Assembly (NCBI GenBank): GCA_964614525.1
Contig: CAZTPA010000007.1
Span: 3,709 to 67,708, forward strand
Length of the DNA stretch: 64,000 bases
Source of the DNA: an uncultured Bacteroidales bacterium
Lineage (GTDB): Bacteria; Bacteroidota; Bacteroidia; Bacteroidales; UBA7960
Reading direction: 5' to 3'
Shown: one piece after another, positions 49,387 through 58,409 of the stretch
How the letters are laid out: each line of letters starts with the position of its first letter
How positions within the stretch are numbered: the first letter of the stretch is position 1
Program-made: the position numbers and the translations under genes
Notes under the pieces: model-generated
What the model was told of the DNA's origin: nothing
What the model saw: only the letters and a program-made list of their open reading frames with translations
The model's database searches: none

Positions 49387-52300
49387 ATGAGAAAACTCAT
49401 TTTTTCACTATTATTTGTACTCCCGTTATTCTATAATTCTTTTGCCGGGGATAATTGGACAGGAATAAATAGTGCTAAAGAAAATCCATCGCAGATTATT
49501 TTAATAGAAGATGATATTACTAACACGGAAATCGGGTTTTATACTAATGGTTACATTCAGTCAACTGTTGAGACACCCAGAGGCAAGCAATCTATAATTA
49601 GAATTCCTGAAATGTCTCAAATTACAGAAAAAGGCTTTCCTGATTTGGCAAAAGTAACTACTTCAATAGTTATTCCTGATCTTGATGAGATGGAAGTTAA
49701 TGTTGTTAGTTATAATTACAAAGAATTTAACGATGTGTCAGTTGCTCCTTCTAAAGGCCATATATACAGGAATATTAATCCGAATGACGTTCCATATACA
49801 TATGGAGATGTTTATCAGAAAGATGATTTTTGGCCTGGTAAATTAGCTCAATTGGAAGATCCTTTTATTTTGAGAGATTTCAGAGGCCAAACAATTAATG
49901 TTTTTCCTTTACAATATAATCCTGTGAGTAAAATTCTCAGAGTTTATACTGATATTGTTATAGAAATCACTTCTACAAAGAAAGAAGGAATTAATCCCTT
50001 ATTTCGAAACAGAAGTGAAATTTCTTTAGAACCTGAATTTGGAGAAATATATAATCGTTTCTTCTTGAATATGGAAAGGGCAGAAAAGTCTTATCCTATG
50101 CTTGAGGGAGAAGAAGGCAGCCTCTTAATTATTTGCCATGATGACTTTATAGATGCTATGCAGCCTTTTGTTGACTGGAAGCGCACAATAGGAAGAAAAA
50201 CTGAAATTGTCTCCAAATCCGAAGCAGGCTCAAATGCCACTGAGATAAAAGCTTACGTGGAAAATTACTATAATGATAATGATGATTTTGCATATCTTTT
50301 ATTGGTTGGCGACGGCCCTCAGATACCACCTGTTTCGACAAGCAGTGGTGCTTCTGATAATGCATATGGTTTTTTAGCAGGGAGTGATTCTTACAATGAA
50401 ATTTTTGTAGGACGTTTTTCAGCAGAAAATGTGTCTCATGTGGAAACCCAGGTTCAAAAGATGATAGAGTATGAGAGAGATATGACAGAAGCGGATACAT
50501 GGCTTAGCAATGGTATAGGAGTTGCCCGTAATGAAGGTGCAGGTGGCGGACATAATGGCGGAGAAGCAGATTATGTGCATATGGATTATATTGGAGATAC
50601 ATTGCTGAATTATACTTATGATGAGGTTAGCAGAAGATATGACGGCAGCGTGCCTGGCGTTACTGATGCAACTGCAGCTGATATATCTGCAGATATAAAT
50701 GATGGAGCAAGTGTTATCAACTATTGTAATCATGGATCAGTTACAGGCTGGAGTGTTGCTAATTATAGCAGTTCACATGTTAATAATCTTACAAATGTTG
50801 GTAAATTGCCTTTTATCTGGGCAGTAGCTTGTGTTAATGGCGATTTTGTCGGAAATCTTTGCTTTGCTGAAAGCTGGCTTCGTGCTACTGATAATAATGA
50901 ACCAACGGGTGCAATCGGAATGTTAGCCGCTACCATTAATCAACTTTGGCAACCACCAATGAGCGGACAGGATGAAATGAACAGTATTCTCTCTGAAGAA
51001 AGTATTGTACATGGTAGCACTGTTAAAAGAACTTATGGTGGCATATCAGCAAATGGCAGTATGTACATGATACCTTTGCATGGCTCCGGTGGTTTATCAA
51101 CTCACGAGACATGGGTGTTGTTCGGTGATCCTACTTTAATGGTTAGAACAGATGCTCCGGTTGATATTTCTGCTACTTATAATCCCGTATTGTTCTTGGG
51201 ATTAAGCACTTTTGATGTAAATGTGGATAATGCTGAGGGTGCTACAGTAGCTATAACCACTGTAGATAATGATGAGGTTGTAATTCTGGGAACTGGAATT
51301 GTTGAAGGAGGCACGGCTACAGTTGAATTTGAGGAACCTTTGGCCACTCCGGGTACCGCTACACTCGCAATTACAGGCTTTAACAAAACTACATATTTAA
51401 ATGAAGAGCTAAGCATTATTCCCCCCGAAGGTCCTTATGTGACATTTAATAGCCATGATATTGATGATTCTGAAGGTAATAATAATGGTGTTGCTGAATA
51501 TGGTGAACTTATTAGTCTTGATATAATGCTAAAAAATGTTGGTGTTGAAACTGCTGAAGGAGTGAATGCTGTTTTAACTTCTGACAGTCCGCTTATTACT
51601 ATTGTTAATAACGAACATACGTGGGGTAATATGGAGGAAGATGAAGAACTTACTCAGCAAGGAGTCTATTCTTTCCAAATTGACGATGTAATTCCGGATA
51701 ATCAATCGGTTTTATTTAATCTTGTAGTTACTGATAATAATGATAATGAATGGGTGTCTAGTTTCTCGGTAAAAATATATTCTCCACAATTTACTATTAG
51801 TGAATATGTTTTTGATGATTCAGGTTTGGGTGATGGAAATGGCAGACTTGATCCGGGAGAAGAGGCCGCTTTGATTGTTACTTATACTAATGTTGGTGGA
51901 GGATATGCAATGGCTCCTGTTAGTGAATTTTCAGCATTTAGTCCGTATTTTTCTATAGAAGGCGGCATTAATGAGCATGATATAATTCCTGCCGGCGAAA
52001 GTATTGAAGTAGAATACATAGTTGAAGCTAATGCTTCTGCTTCTGATGGAATGCTTTTGGATTTATTTTTTAGTATTGAAGATGGTAATATATTCGAATC
52101 AGAGCAAAACATTATTGTAGGTCAATCTCCTGAAATAATTGTTGGTGATGGAAATGCAGCAACTCAATATTATCCGTTTTATAATTATTATAAAGGGAAT
52201 CGTTCTCAAATGCTTTATACAGTTGATGATTTAGGTTCGGGAGAAAAAACAATTACTGAACTTGGCCTGGATATAGCATATGCTACTACTACTGCGCAGC

Positions 52301-53187
52301 ATCAGTTATTACCAAACTTTAAAATACTTGCCAAACATACTGATAATTCTTCAGTAGGGTCTTCTTTTGTAAATATGGATGATGCTGAAGTTTTGTTTGA
52401 AGCAACTGATTATCAAATGCCCGGCGAAACAGGTTGGCATCTCTGGGATATTGAGGATTTTGAATATGATGGAGAAAGCAATTTGATTATTGAAATCATC
52501 TGGGGTTTGCTCGATTCTTATTGCTCTTATGGAGAATATTATACGGTTAATGGTACAAGTATGAGTTCAACAAGAGTTGCCTATGGATATAGTGATACGC
52601 AAACTAGTCCGGGATATAGTGGTAATTCTTCAGTTCTTCCAAATCTTTATCTTGCTTTTGCAGGTGAAGAAGCGGCTGATGAAAAACTAGTTACATTTAT
52701 GGTAAAAGATACTGAGGATAATATAGTTGAAGATGCTGCTGTGCAAATTGGTTCATTGACTAATTTCACAAATACACAGGGCAGTACAGATTATGAATTG
52801 CTGCCCGGCCAGTATGCTTATACTATTACCAAAGAGGATTACCAAGATAATACAGGAACTTTTAGCGTTTCCGATCAAAATATTTCTTTAAGCATTACAA
52901 TGCTTCCTCATGGAACAGACGTTGATGAAATAGATGATGAGCTTGGTGTTTTCGTTTATCCAAATCCTACTCGTAATTTGATAAATGTGCGCTTGAAGGT
53001 TCCTGATTCTAAAGTAGAGATTGAACTTATAAACTTTCTGGGACAAATTGTTGAAAGAAGGTCAATAGATACTTCTGCCGGACAAAAAGATCTTCAGTTT
53101 AATCTTGAAGGTTTAGCAAAAGGTATATATCACCTTAAGGCTGATATTGACGGAAAAGTAATTACAAAGAAGATTATTTTGCAATAA
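49387..53187 (+). CDS. Gingipain-like cysteine peptidase (MEROPS C25) with T9SS C-terminal sorting domain, paralog 2
   Basis: LLLVGDGPQIPP, FVGRFSA, NYCNHGSVTGWS (His) and WAVACVNGDF (Cys). CTD is FVYPNPTRNLINVRL...GIYHLKADIDGKVITKKIILQ. Lies 39 nt after paralog 1. Confidence 0.88.
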   Translation: MRKLIFSLLFVLPLFYNSFAGDNWTGINSAKENPSQIILIEDDITNTEIGFYTNGYIQSTVETPRGKQSIIRIPEMSQITEKGFPDLAKVTTSIVIPDLDEMEVNVVSYNYKEFNDVSVAPSKGHIYRNINPNDVPYTYGDVYQKDDFWPGKLAQLEDPFILRDFRGQTINVFPLQYNPVSKILRVYTDIVIEITSTKKEGINPLFRNRSEISLEPEFGEIYNRFFLNMERAEKSYPMLEGEEGSLLIICHDDFIDAMQPFVDWKRTIGRKTEIVSKSEAGSNATEIKAYVENYYNDNDDFAYLLLVGDGPQIPPVSTSSGASDNAYGFLAGSDSYNEIFVGRFSAENVSHVETQVQKMIEYERDMTEADTWLSNGIGVARNEGAGGGHNGGEADYVHMDYIGDTLLNYTYDEVSRRYDGSVPGVTDATAADISADINDGASVINYCNHGSVTGWSVANYSSSHVNNLTNVGKLPFIWAVACVNGDFVGNLCFAESWLRATDNNEPTGAIGMLAATINQLWQPPMSGQDEMNSILSEESIVHGSTVKRTYGGISANGSMYMIPLHGSGGLSTHETWVLFGDPTLMVRTDAPVDISATYNPVLFLGLSTFDVNVDNAEGATVAITTVDNDEVVILGTGIVEGGTATVEFEEPLATPGTATLAITGFNKTTYLNEELSIIPPEGPYVTFNSHDIDDSEGNNNGVAEYGELISLDIMLKNVGVETAEGVNAVLTSDSPLITIVNNEHTWGNMEEDEELTQQGVYSFQIDDVIPDNQSVLFNLVVTDNNDNEWVSSFSVKIYSPQFTISEYVFDDSGLGDGNGRLDPGEEAALIVTYTNVGGGYAMAPVSEFSAFSPYFSIEGGINEHDIIPAGESIEVEYIVEANASASDGMLLDLFFSIEDGNIFESEQNIIVGQSPEIIVGDGNAATQYYPFYNYYKGNRSQMLYTVDDLGSGEKTITELGLDIAYATTTAQHQLLPNFKILAKHTDNSSVGSSFVNMDDAEVLFEATDYQMPGETGWHLWDIEDFEYDGESNLIIEIIWGLLDSYCSYGEYYTVNGTSMSSTRVAYGYSDTQTSPGYSGNSSVLPNLYLAFAGEEAADEKLVTFMVKDTEDNIVEDAAVQIGSLTNFTNTQGSTDYELLPGQYAYTITKEDYQDNTGTFSVSDQNISLSITMLPHGTDVDEIDDELGVFVYPNPTRNLINVRLKVPDSKVEIELINFLGQIVERRSIDTSAGQKDLQFNLEGLAKGIYHLKADIDGKVITKKIILQ

Positions 53188-53211
53188 TTGAATTTGTTTT
53201 ATAGATAATAA

Positions 53212-53251
53212 GGGACATTCCGCAAAGTGAAGCAGGAATGTCCCTTTTTTT
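53212..53251 (+). terminator. Rho-independent terminator
   Basis: gggacattcc-gcaaagtgaagca-ggaatgtccc, followed by T7. Confidence 0.85.
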
Positions 53252-53291
53252 GCATTCAGCCTCTTGATGAGTGATTAGTTTTATGTGACAA

Positions 53292-53430
53292 TCCACCACA
53301 TTTTTCTCTCTTTCTGTCTTTAGCGAATTCTTAGTGTTTTTTTGGAATAATAAATCTGCTATATTTGATAAATATATTGAAGATTACAGGAACTTATTAG
53401 ATAGCTTGATGTTTTTATGCCGGAAATCTG
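53292..53430 (+). repeat. Promoter-bearing intergenic repeat, copy C3 (more divergent)
   Basis: tccaccacattttt ... ctgctatatttgataaatatattgaagattacagg ... tttatgccggaaat. It shares the gctatatttgata-at-ta-tgaa core with the other copies. The upstream ccacat block is displaced by about 30 nt. Confidence 0.5.
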
Positions 53431-53593
53431 AGTTGCCAGTCTTTTCAGAAGACAAAAGCTGCACATAGGAAAAAGATTGTGATATAATCCCCTATTTCTT
53501 GGACCCTTTTTTAAAAAGGCCTTTGGACTAAATTGCACAATAGCATGTCACAAAAACCCTATCGTAAACGACTATATATTAAAAGCAATTGTA

Positions 53594-54079
53594 TTGGGCA
53601 AAATCGAGGAGATATATAACGAAAATTATAAAACAATGCTTGGTGTTGCGCACAAAATGTTGGGCAATGGTTATGATGCTACCGATATTATCCATGATGT
53701 TTTTATTGTTTTTTTTGAAAAATGTAATGAAGGTATAGTTATACAATATCCGAAAAGCTGGCTATGTAGAGTTACTTTAAATAAGTGTGTTGACAAGCTA
53801 AGAAAAAGCAAGAAGTATAAGGATCTTGAACATGTTCATGAAAAAGCAGAGGAAACTGATTATGCAGATATCAGGGAAAGAAAAACCATAGTTGGCTTAG
53901 CTCTGTCGAAATTGAAAGTAAAAGAAAAAGAATTAGCCGTGCTGTACAGTGAGGGTTTGTCTTATAAGGAAATTGCTGAAGTTACAGGCATAAAACCCTC
54001 ATCAATAGGTAAAGTGCTATCACGTACGTTGAGAAAGCTTGAGAATGAATTAAAAAAAATTGGTTATGAAATGTATTAA
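53594..54079 (+). CDS. RNA polymerase sigma-70 factor, ECF subfamily
   Basis: Region 2 (ATDIIHDVFIVFFEK, WLCRVTLNKCVDKLR) and region 4 HTH (LSYKEIAEVTGIKPSSIGKVLSRTLRKL). Apparent TTG start. Confidence 0.85.
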   Translation: MGKIEEIYNENYKTMLGVAHKMLGNGYDATDIIHDVFIVFFEKCNEGIVIQYPKSWLCRVTLNKCVDKLRKSKKYKDLEHVHEKAEETDYADIRERKTIVGLALSKLKVKEKELAVLYSEGLSYKEIAEVTGIKPSSIGKVLSRTLRKLENELKKIGYEMY

Positions 54080-54515
54080 TGAAGAAATAATACAAAAATA
54101 TATTGATGGTGAAACACAATCACAGGAATCCGCTTTGATTGAAAAGCATCTTGAAGCTTGCAGGAAGTGTTCAAATAAAGTGACTCATCAACGAGCTTTG
54201 AAAGCCAAACTTATAGATGCTATAAACTTGTTGGCTGACTCTGCAGATGATTTGCCAATTGTGAGACCAGCAGCAAAACCATCAAAAGGAAAGGGAGTAT
54301 TGTTAAGAAGAGTTATTCCTTTGCTTGCGGCTGCCAGTGTGATGCTTTTTGTTGTTTTTATTACTCAAAAAGACAAAACTAAAGAAGAAAAAGCAATAGT
54401 GTCCCAACCCTTTTTCGTTGGGGAGATTGATGCGAACCGTACTCTTACTCAACAAGAGTTGACTATAACCGTAATTTCCCCGAATGGTAAGATGTCTGAA
54501 CATATTGTTGAGTAG
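54066..54515 (+). CDS. Anti-sigma factor, zf-HC2 type, single-pass membrane protein
   Basis: N-terminal H-x3-C-x2-C (EKHLEACRKC), one TM helix (VIPLLAAASVMLFVVFI), and a 14-nt overlap with the sigma gene. Confidence 0.75.
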   Translation: MKCINEEIIQKYIDGETQSQESALIEKHLEACRKCSNKVTHQRALKAKLIDAINLLADSADDLPIVRPAAKPSKGKGVLLRRVIPLLAAASVMLFVVFITQKDKTKEEKAIVSQPFFVGEIDANRTLTQQELTITVISPNGKMSEHIVE

Positions 54516-54580
54516 AGCAGAGTGAGTTAAGGGTTTTACACAGTATAACAACTTTTATTTATTCACTAAATTCAAAAACT

Positions 54581-55858
54581 ATGAAAAAGTTATTTGTTGT
54601 ATTAATATTCGTATTATTAGCAGTATTAGCATATTCACAAAACCTTTTGGAAAAATATAAATCAGGAGAGGTTAAGCTTGTTCCTGATACTGAGTTTGCA
54701 AAGGGTGTTGATTGGGATAGAGCTTTTGAAAGCTGGACGGATATTAGTGTAGGTCGGTGGGTTGGCGACCGGAAGTCTCTTATTGTTGCCCCTGATGGTT
54801 CAGCTTTTGTAAGTCACCATTTTCGCGATTTTTATACAGTATTTTCTCCCAAGGGTGATTTTGAAGAGGAACTGCAGGTGAAAAATGATCAAGGTAAGAC
54901 ATATAGAAGCCTGCCTCATATGATGGGTGTTTTGGATGGCAATATTTATTATTCCGGACTGGATAATATGGGCATTATGCTTTGTTTTAATAAGGATGGA
55001 AATCTTAATAAAACCTTACAACTGGATTATGCTGCCAAGCAGATTATTCCTCTGCCCGGAAAAAAGCTTGCGCTAGTCGGTTGGGTGTTGTGGAGTAATA
55101 AAGTTAGGGAATTTGTTGCTATCGTTGATTATGAAACAAATGAGGAGATTATAATCTGGGATAACTTTAACCCAAGGAGTTTTGGTTCGGGTACTCCCCG
55201 AGACATGTTTCATTATCAATATTCCTTCAAGGAAGGAGGTATGATAGCTACCAACACTATGCCTTTTGCAAAACCCCTGGGAAGGCGAAATCCTCCAATG
55301 ATTGCAAATGTTGGGGACGAGCTTATTGTCGCTATACCTGAAACAGGAGAGATCCGCATCTATAACCTAAATGGAAAACTTTTGTCCAAACAGACCATTG
55401 ATTGGGCAAAAAATTTTGTATCAGTGGAGGAGCAAAAAGAAATTCAGCGAAAAGCTATTGAGCGCTACCGTAGTATTCAGGAGCCGCAGTTTATGTCATC
55501 AGCTTCTAGTGAAGAAAACCGTGCTGCACGTGACCACTTTGTTAGTGAGATGCAAAAAGATCTTGAAAAAATTGATAAGCCGATAATTATGCCTGTTTTT
55601 TCTACACTTATAAAAGATTCTGATGACAACCTGTTATTTTTTGAATTTCCCAAAGAAGAGGGTGCTAATAAGTTTAATGTGTGGGTGTACGGGAATGGCG
55701 GGCAATTTTTAGCACAAAGCAGCTTCAAAGTGGAAGGATATGACTTAGAAATAAAACCGTCAAAATTGGTGTTTCATGACGGATATATATATGCACTAAT
55801 AGTTAAAAAGGAAGCTGAGGGTGTGCCTTTGAGGCTTGTAAGGTTTAAGCTTGTCTAG
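54581..55858 (+). CDS. Secreted hypothetical protein, possibly beta-propeller-like
   Basis: Signal peptide MKKLFVVLIFVLLAVLAYSQ. Repeated beta-strand-rich segments (LIVAPDGSAFV, LDGNIYYSG, LIVAIPETGEIRIYNLNGKL, HDGYIYALIV). I recognised no family. Confidence 0.45.
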   Translation: MKKLFVVLIFVLLAVLAYSQNLLEKYKSGEVKLVPDTEFAKGVDWDRAFESWTDISVGRWVGDRKSLIVAPDGSAFVSHHFRDFYTVFSPKGDFEEELQVKNDQGKTYRSLPHMMGVLDGNIYYSGLDNMGIMLCFNKDGNLNKTLQLDYAAKQIIPLPGKKLALVGWVLWSNKVREFVAIVDYETNEEIIIWDNFNPRSFGSGTPRDMFHYQYSFKEGGMIATNTMPFAKPLGRRNPPMIANVGDELIVAIPETGEIRIYNLNGKLLSKQTIDWAKNFVSVEEQKEIQRKAIERYRSIQEPQFMSSASSEENRAARDHFVSEMQKDLEKIDKPIIMPVFSTLIKDSDDNLLFFEFPKEEGANKFNVWVYGNGGQFLAQSSFKVEGYDLEIKPSKLVFHDGYIYALIVKKEAEGVPLRLVRFKLV

Positions 55859-56131
55859 AAAAATAGAGAGGTTAAGCCAAATATTGAATCCAGGTAAAAA
55901 CGAATGACGCTGAGCAGTCTGCAAGACTTGACAATTAGCCCAACTTAGATTGAGATTTTTGCATACTTGCAGAGTGCTAGCGCATTTGTATTACATGGGT
56001 TTTGTTTTAGTCTATGACAAAAAAAAAGGGAAAATATTTATTATATTAACAAGCATAATAAATATTTGTTGCTGATAGGCAAAAGGCTCAATATTCCTAA
56101 ACCTGTAATTTTACTGAATATATTCACTGTA

Positions 56132-56240
56132 AGCTTTCCACATATTCCCCAAAAATCGGCTCTATTTGATAAATTTACTGAAAATTAAAGGAGGTTTTTC
56201 TGATAACATTAGCTTTGCTTATGTGGTGAACGGTTGTTAT
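56132..56240 (+). repeat. Promoter-bearing intergenic repeat, copy C4 (no downstream gene on this strand)
   Basis: agctttccacatattccccaaaaatcggctctatttgataaatttactgaaaattaaaggaggtttttctgat...gcttatgtggtgaacgg. Confidence 0.65.
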
Positions 56241-56268
56241 ATGCAAAGAAAACTTGTGTAAAAAATCA

Positions 56269-56306
56269 ACAAAAAAGACTGTTCATGAATAAACAGTCTT
56301 TTTTGT
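56269..56306. terminator. Bidirectional rho-independent terminator
   Basis: caacaaaaaa-gactgtt-catgaata-aacagtc-ttttttg, lying 15 nt past the amt stop. Confidence 0.8.
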
Positions 56307-56320
56307 TGATAATGAGGATA

Positions 56321-57544
56321 TTATAAGGTGCCGTAATCATAAGCATTTTCACCATGTAATGCTTGGTCAAGCCCTATTTCTTCATCGTCTTCGGAGACTT
56401 TAACTTTTGTTACAAAGTTAATCAATATCAGCATAATGTAAGTGAAGATAAATGCATATGCAGCAGCAATTGCAACTGCAATTAACTCTTTAAAGAAGAA
56501 AGATGCATCTCCTTCTATGAGGCCGGTTTGTCCACCCACTGATTCAACTGCAAAAACCCCAAGTAGTATAACCCCCAAGGTTCCTCCAACACCATGCACT
56601 CCCCAAACGTCAAGAGCATCATCCCATCCGAGTTTATTTTTCATATGAACAGCGAGATAGCAAACAGCACCTGCAGCTATACCTATAAGCATTGCTGCCC
56701 AAAGTGGCACAAAACCTGCAGCCGGAGTAATTGTTGCCAATCCTGCAACCGCACCGGTAAGCAAACCAACGAATTTTGGTTTTCCTGACCTTGTCCATTC
56801 AATAATTAGCCATGTAATTGCTGCAAATGAGGCTGCAACATCTGTGTTTAGAAATGCAATTACTGTTATTTCATCTACTGCCAATTCGCTGCCGGCATTG
56901 AAGCCGTACCATCCAAACCAAAGCAGAGCTGTGCCTATACCAACTAATGGAATACTGTTTGGCGGTGAATTTTGATCGCGACGTTTTCCTACATAAAATA
57001 CTGAAGCTAGTGCCGCAAAACCGGCAGTCGCATGCACAACAATTCCACCTGCGAAATCTAATACACCCCATTCTGCCATTAGTCCGCCACCCCAAATCAT
57101 GTGAACAAATGGATAGTAAACAAATAATTGCCAGAAGATTAGAAAAATTAAATAGGCTTTGAAGCTTACTCGATTTACAAATGCACCTGTAATCAGAGCA
57201 GGTGTGATAATAGCAAACATCATCTGATAGGCAATGAATAAATATGTCGGGTATTCCTGACCGGTTTCGGGGTTGAAGATTTCGTTAAAACTGATTCCGA
57301 TTAAAAAAGCATGATCAAAATTCCCGATGATGCCTCCTTCTCCTCCCGAGAAACATAGCGAATAGCCCATGACTACCCACATGATTGTTGTAATTCCAAG
57401 GGAAACAAATGTTTGCATCATGATCCCAAGAATGTTTCGTTTTCCCGCCAATCCTCCGTAGAAGAATGCCAGTCCGGGTGTCATAAGCATAACAAGACTA
57501 GTGGCAAGAATCATAAAAGCGGTTGATCCGGTATTTAATTCCAT
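56321..57544 (-). CDS. amt: Ammonium transporter (Amt family)
   Basis: 407 aa and about 11 TM helices. DFAGGIVVHATAGFAAL and GVHGVGGTLGVILLG motifs. Confidence 0.92.
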   Translation of the reverse strand: MELNTGSTAFMILATSLVMLMTPGLAFFYGGLAGKRNILGIMMQTFVSLGITTIMWVVMGYSLCFSGGEGGIIGNFDHAFLIGISFNEIFNPETGQEYPTYLFIAYQMMFAIITPALITGAFVNRVSFKAYLIFLIFWQLFVYYPFVHMIWGGGLMAEWGVLDFAGGIVVHATAGFAALASVFYVGKRRDQNSPPNSIPLVGIGTALLWFGWYGFNAGSELAVDEITVIAFLNTDVAASFAAITWLIIEWTRSGKPKFVGLLTGAVAGLATITPAAGFVPLWAAMLIGIAAGAVCYLAVHMKNKLGWDDALDVWGVHGVGGTLGVILLGVFAVESVGGQTGLIEGDASFFFKELIAVAIAAAYAFIFTYIMLILINFVTKVKVSEDDEEIGLDQALHGENAYDYGTL

Positions 57545-57566
57545 AATATTTAGTATTTAAATGTTA

Positions 57567-58322
57567 TTAAAAAGATATGATTGCTACGAGGAAAATTTTC
57601 TCACTTTGTGGGTTATTTATCAGAGATACAGAAAGTGGAACAGTGAAACTGTCTGAAATTTTTATGTCCTTGCTGACTGTGCATCCAATATTAACAAAAC
57701 CTAAATCATCACCATAAAATCCTGCTTCACCTTTATCAGTATCAGCAGCTGTGAGATTTAATCCTGCAAATAAATTAATGTGTTTAAAGCTGTATGACAA
57801 TTCTGCATAGCTTGAGAATTGATTCCCTGCAATACTGCCGTCGTCATTTAATCGCTTTGCATCTGCACCATAAACATTGCTGGCGAATAATACACCGAGC
57901 GGCAAATCTTCTGTGCCATTGAATGAAAGAGAAGCTTCAAAAATATGGTCTGTATAGTCTTCCCGATAATCGAAATAGTGATCGTTTGCGGCAGTTTCAT
58001 CAGGGAAAAAGTAATCCGTTACCGTAAAAGAAATCATGTCGTTGAGGAAGGTATATCCGATATACAAGTCCAGTTCCTGGGCACCAGTAAGATTGGTTGT
58101 GAAAGCTCCCCATGCACCAATGGACAAGCCTTTATAGGTATATTCCAATCCTGGCTGCAAACTGGGTGAGGCGCCGAAATCGGTACCACGCCAAACATAG
58201 CGGCTGGCGAAATCAAGACTTACACTATAAGGATTTTCTTCTCGCTCAGTTTGAGCGAAACTGCTTATTGCAGTTAAATTTGAAATTGCCAAAAAAAGGA
58301 TGGCAAGTGATTTTTGCTTCAT
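57567..58322 (-). CDS. Outer-membrane beta-barrel protein, TorF-like putative porin
   Basis: Signal peptide, then SLDFASRYVWRGTDFG (compare the SDYxFRGxSQT motif of the TorF/Gcw_chp family). Ends in ...VAIISF. Lies 22 nt upstream of amt. Confidence 0.5.
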   Translation of the reverse strand: MKQKSLAILFLAISNLTAISSFAQTEREENPYSVSLDFASRYVWRGTDFGASPSLQPGLEYTYKGLSIGAWGAFTTNLTGAQELDLYIGYTFLNDMISFTVTDYFFPDETAANDHYFDYREDYTDHIFEASLSFNGTEDLPLGVLFASNVYGADAKRLNDDGSIAGNQFSSYAELSYSFKHINLFAGLNLTAADTDKGEAGFYGDDLGFVNIGCTVSKDIKISDSFTVPLSVSLINNPQSEKIFLVAIISF

Positions 58323-58348
58323 GTCATTTTATGTTTAATTAAAATGAC
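58323..58348. promoter_or_regulatory. Perfect 9-bp inverted repeat abutting the porin start codon
   Basis: gtcatttta-tgtttaat-taaaatgac, immediately 5' (on the minus strand) of the ATG at 58322. Confidence 0.3.
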
Positions 58349-58409
58349 AAATGTGGTATTTTAATAAATACTTGTCAATTAGAAGATACCGTAAAAGGCA
58401 CTACGTGAT

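Noticed and set aside
53540-53593. ECF-type autoregulatory promoter (tgtcac-N17-cgac) before the sigma gene
   Set aside because: The match to AAC/CGT-type ECF promoter consensus is weak and the spacing is ambiguous. It is not supportable without TSS data.
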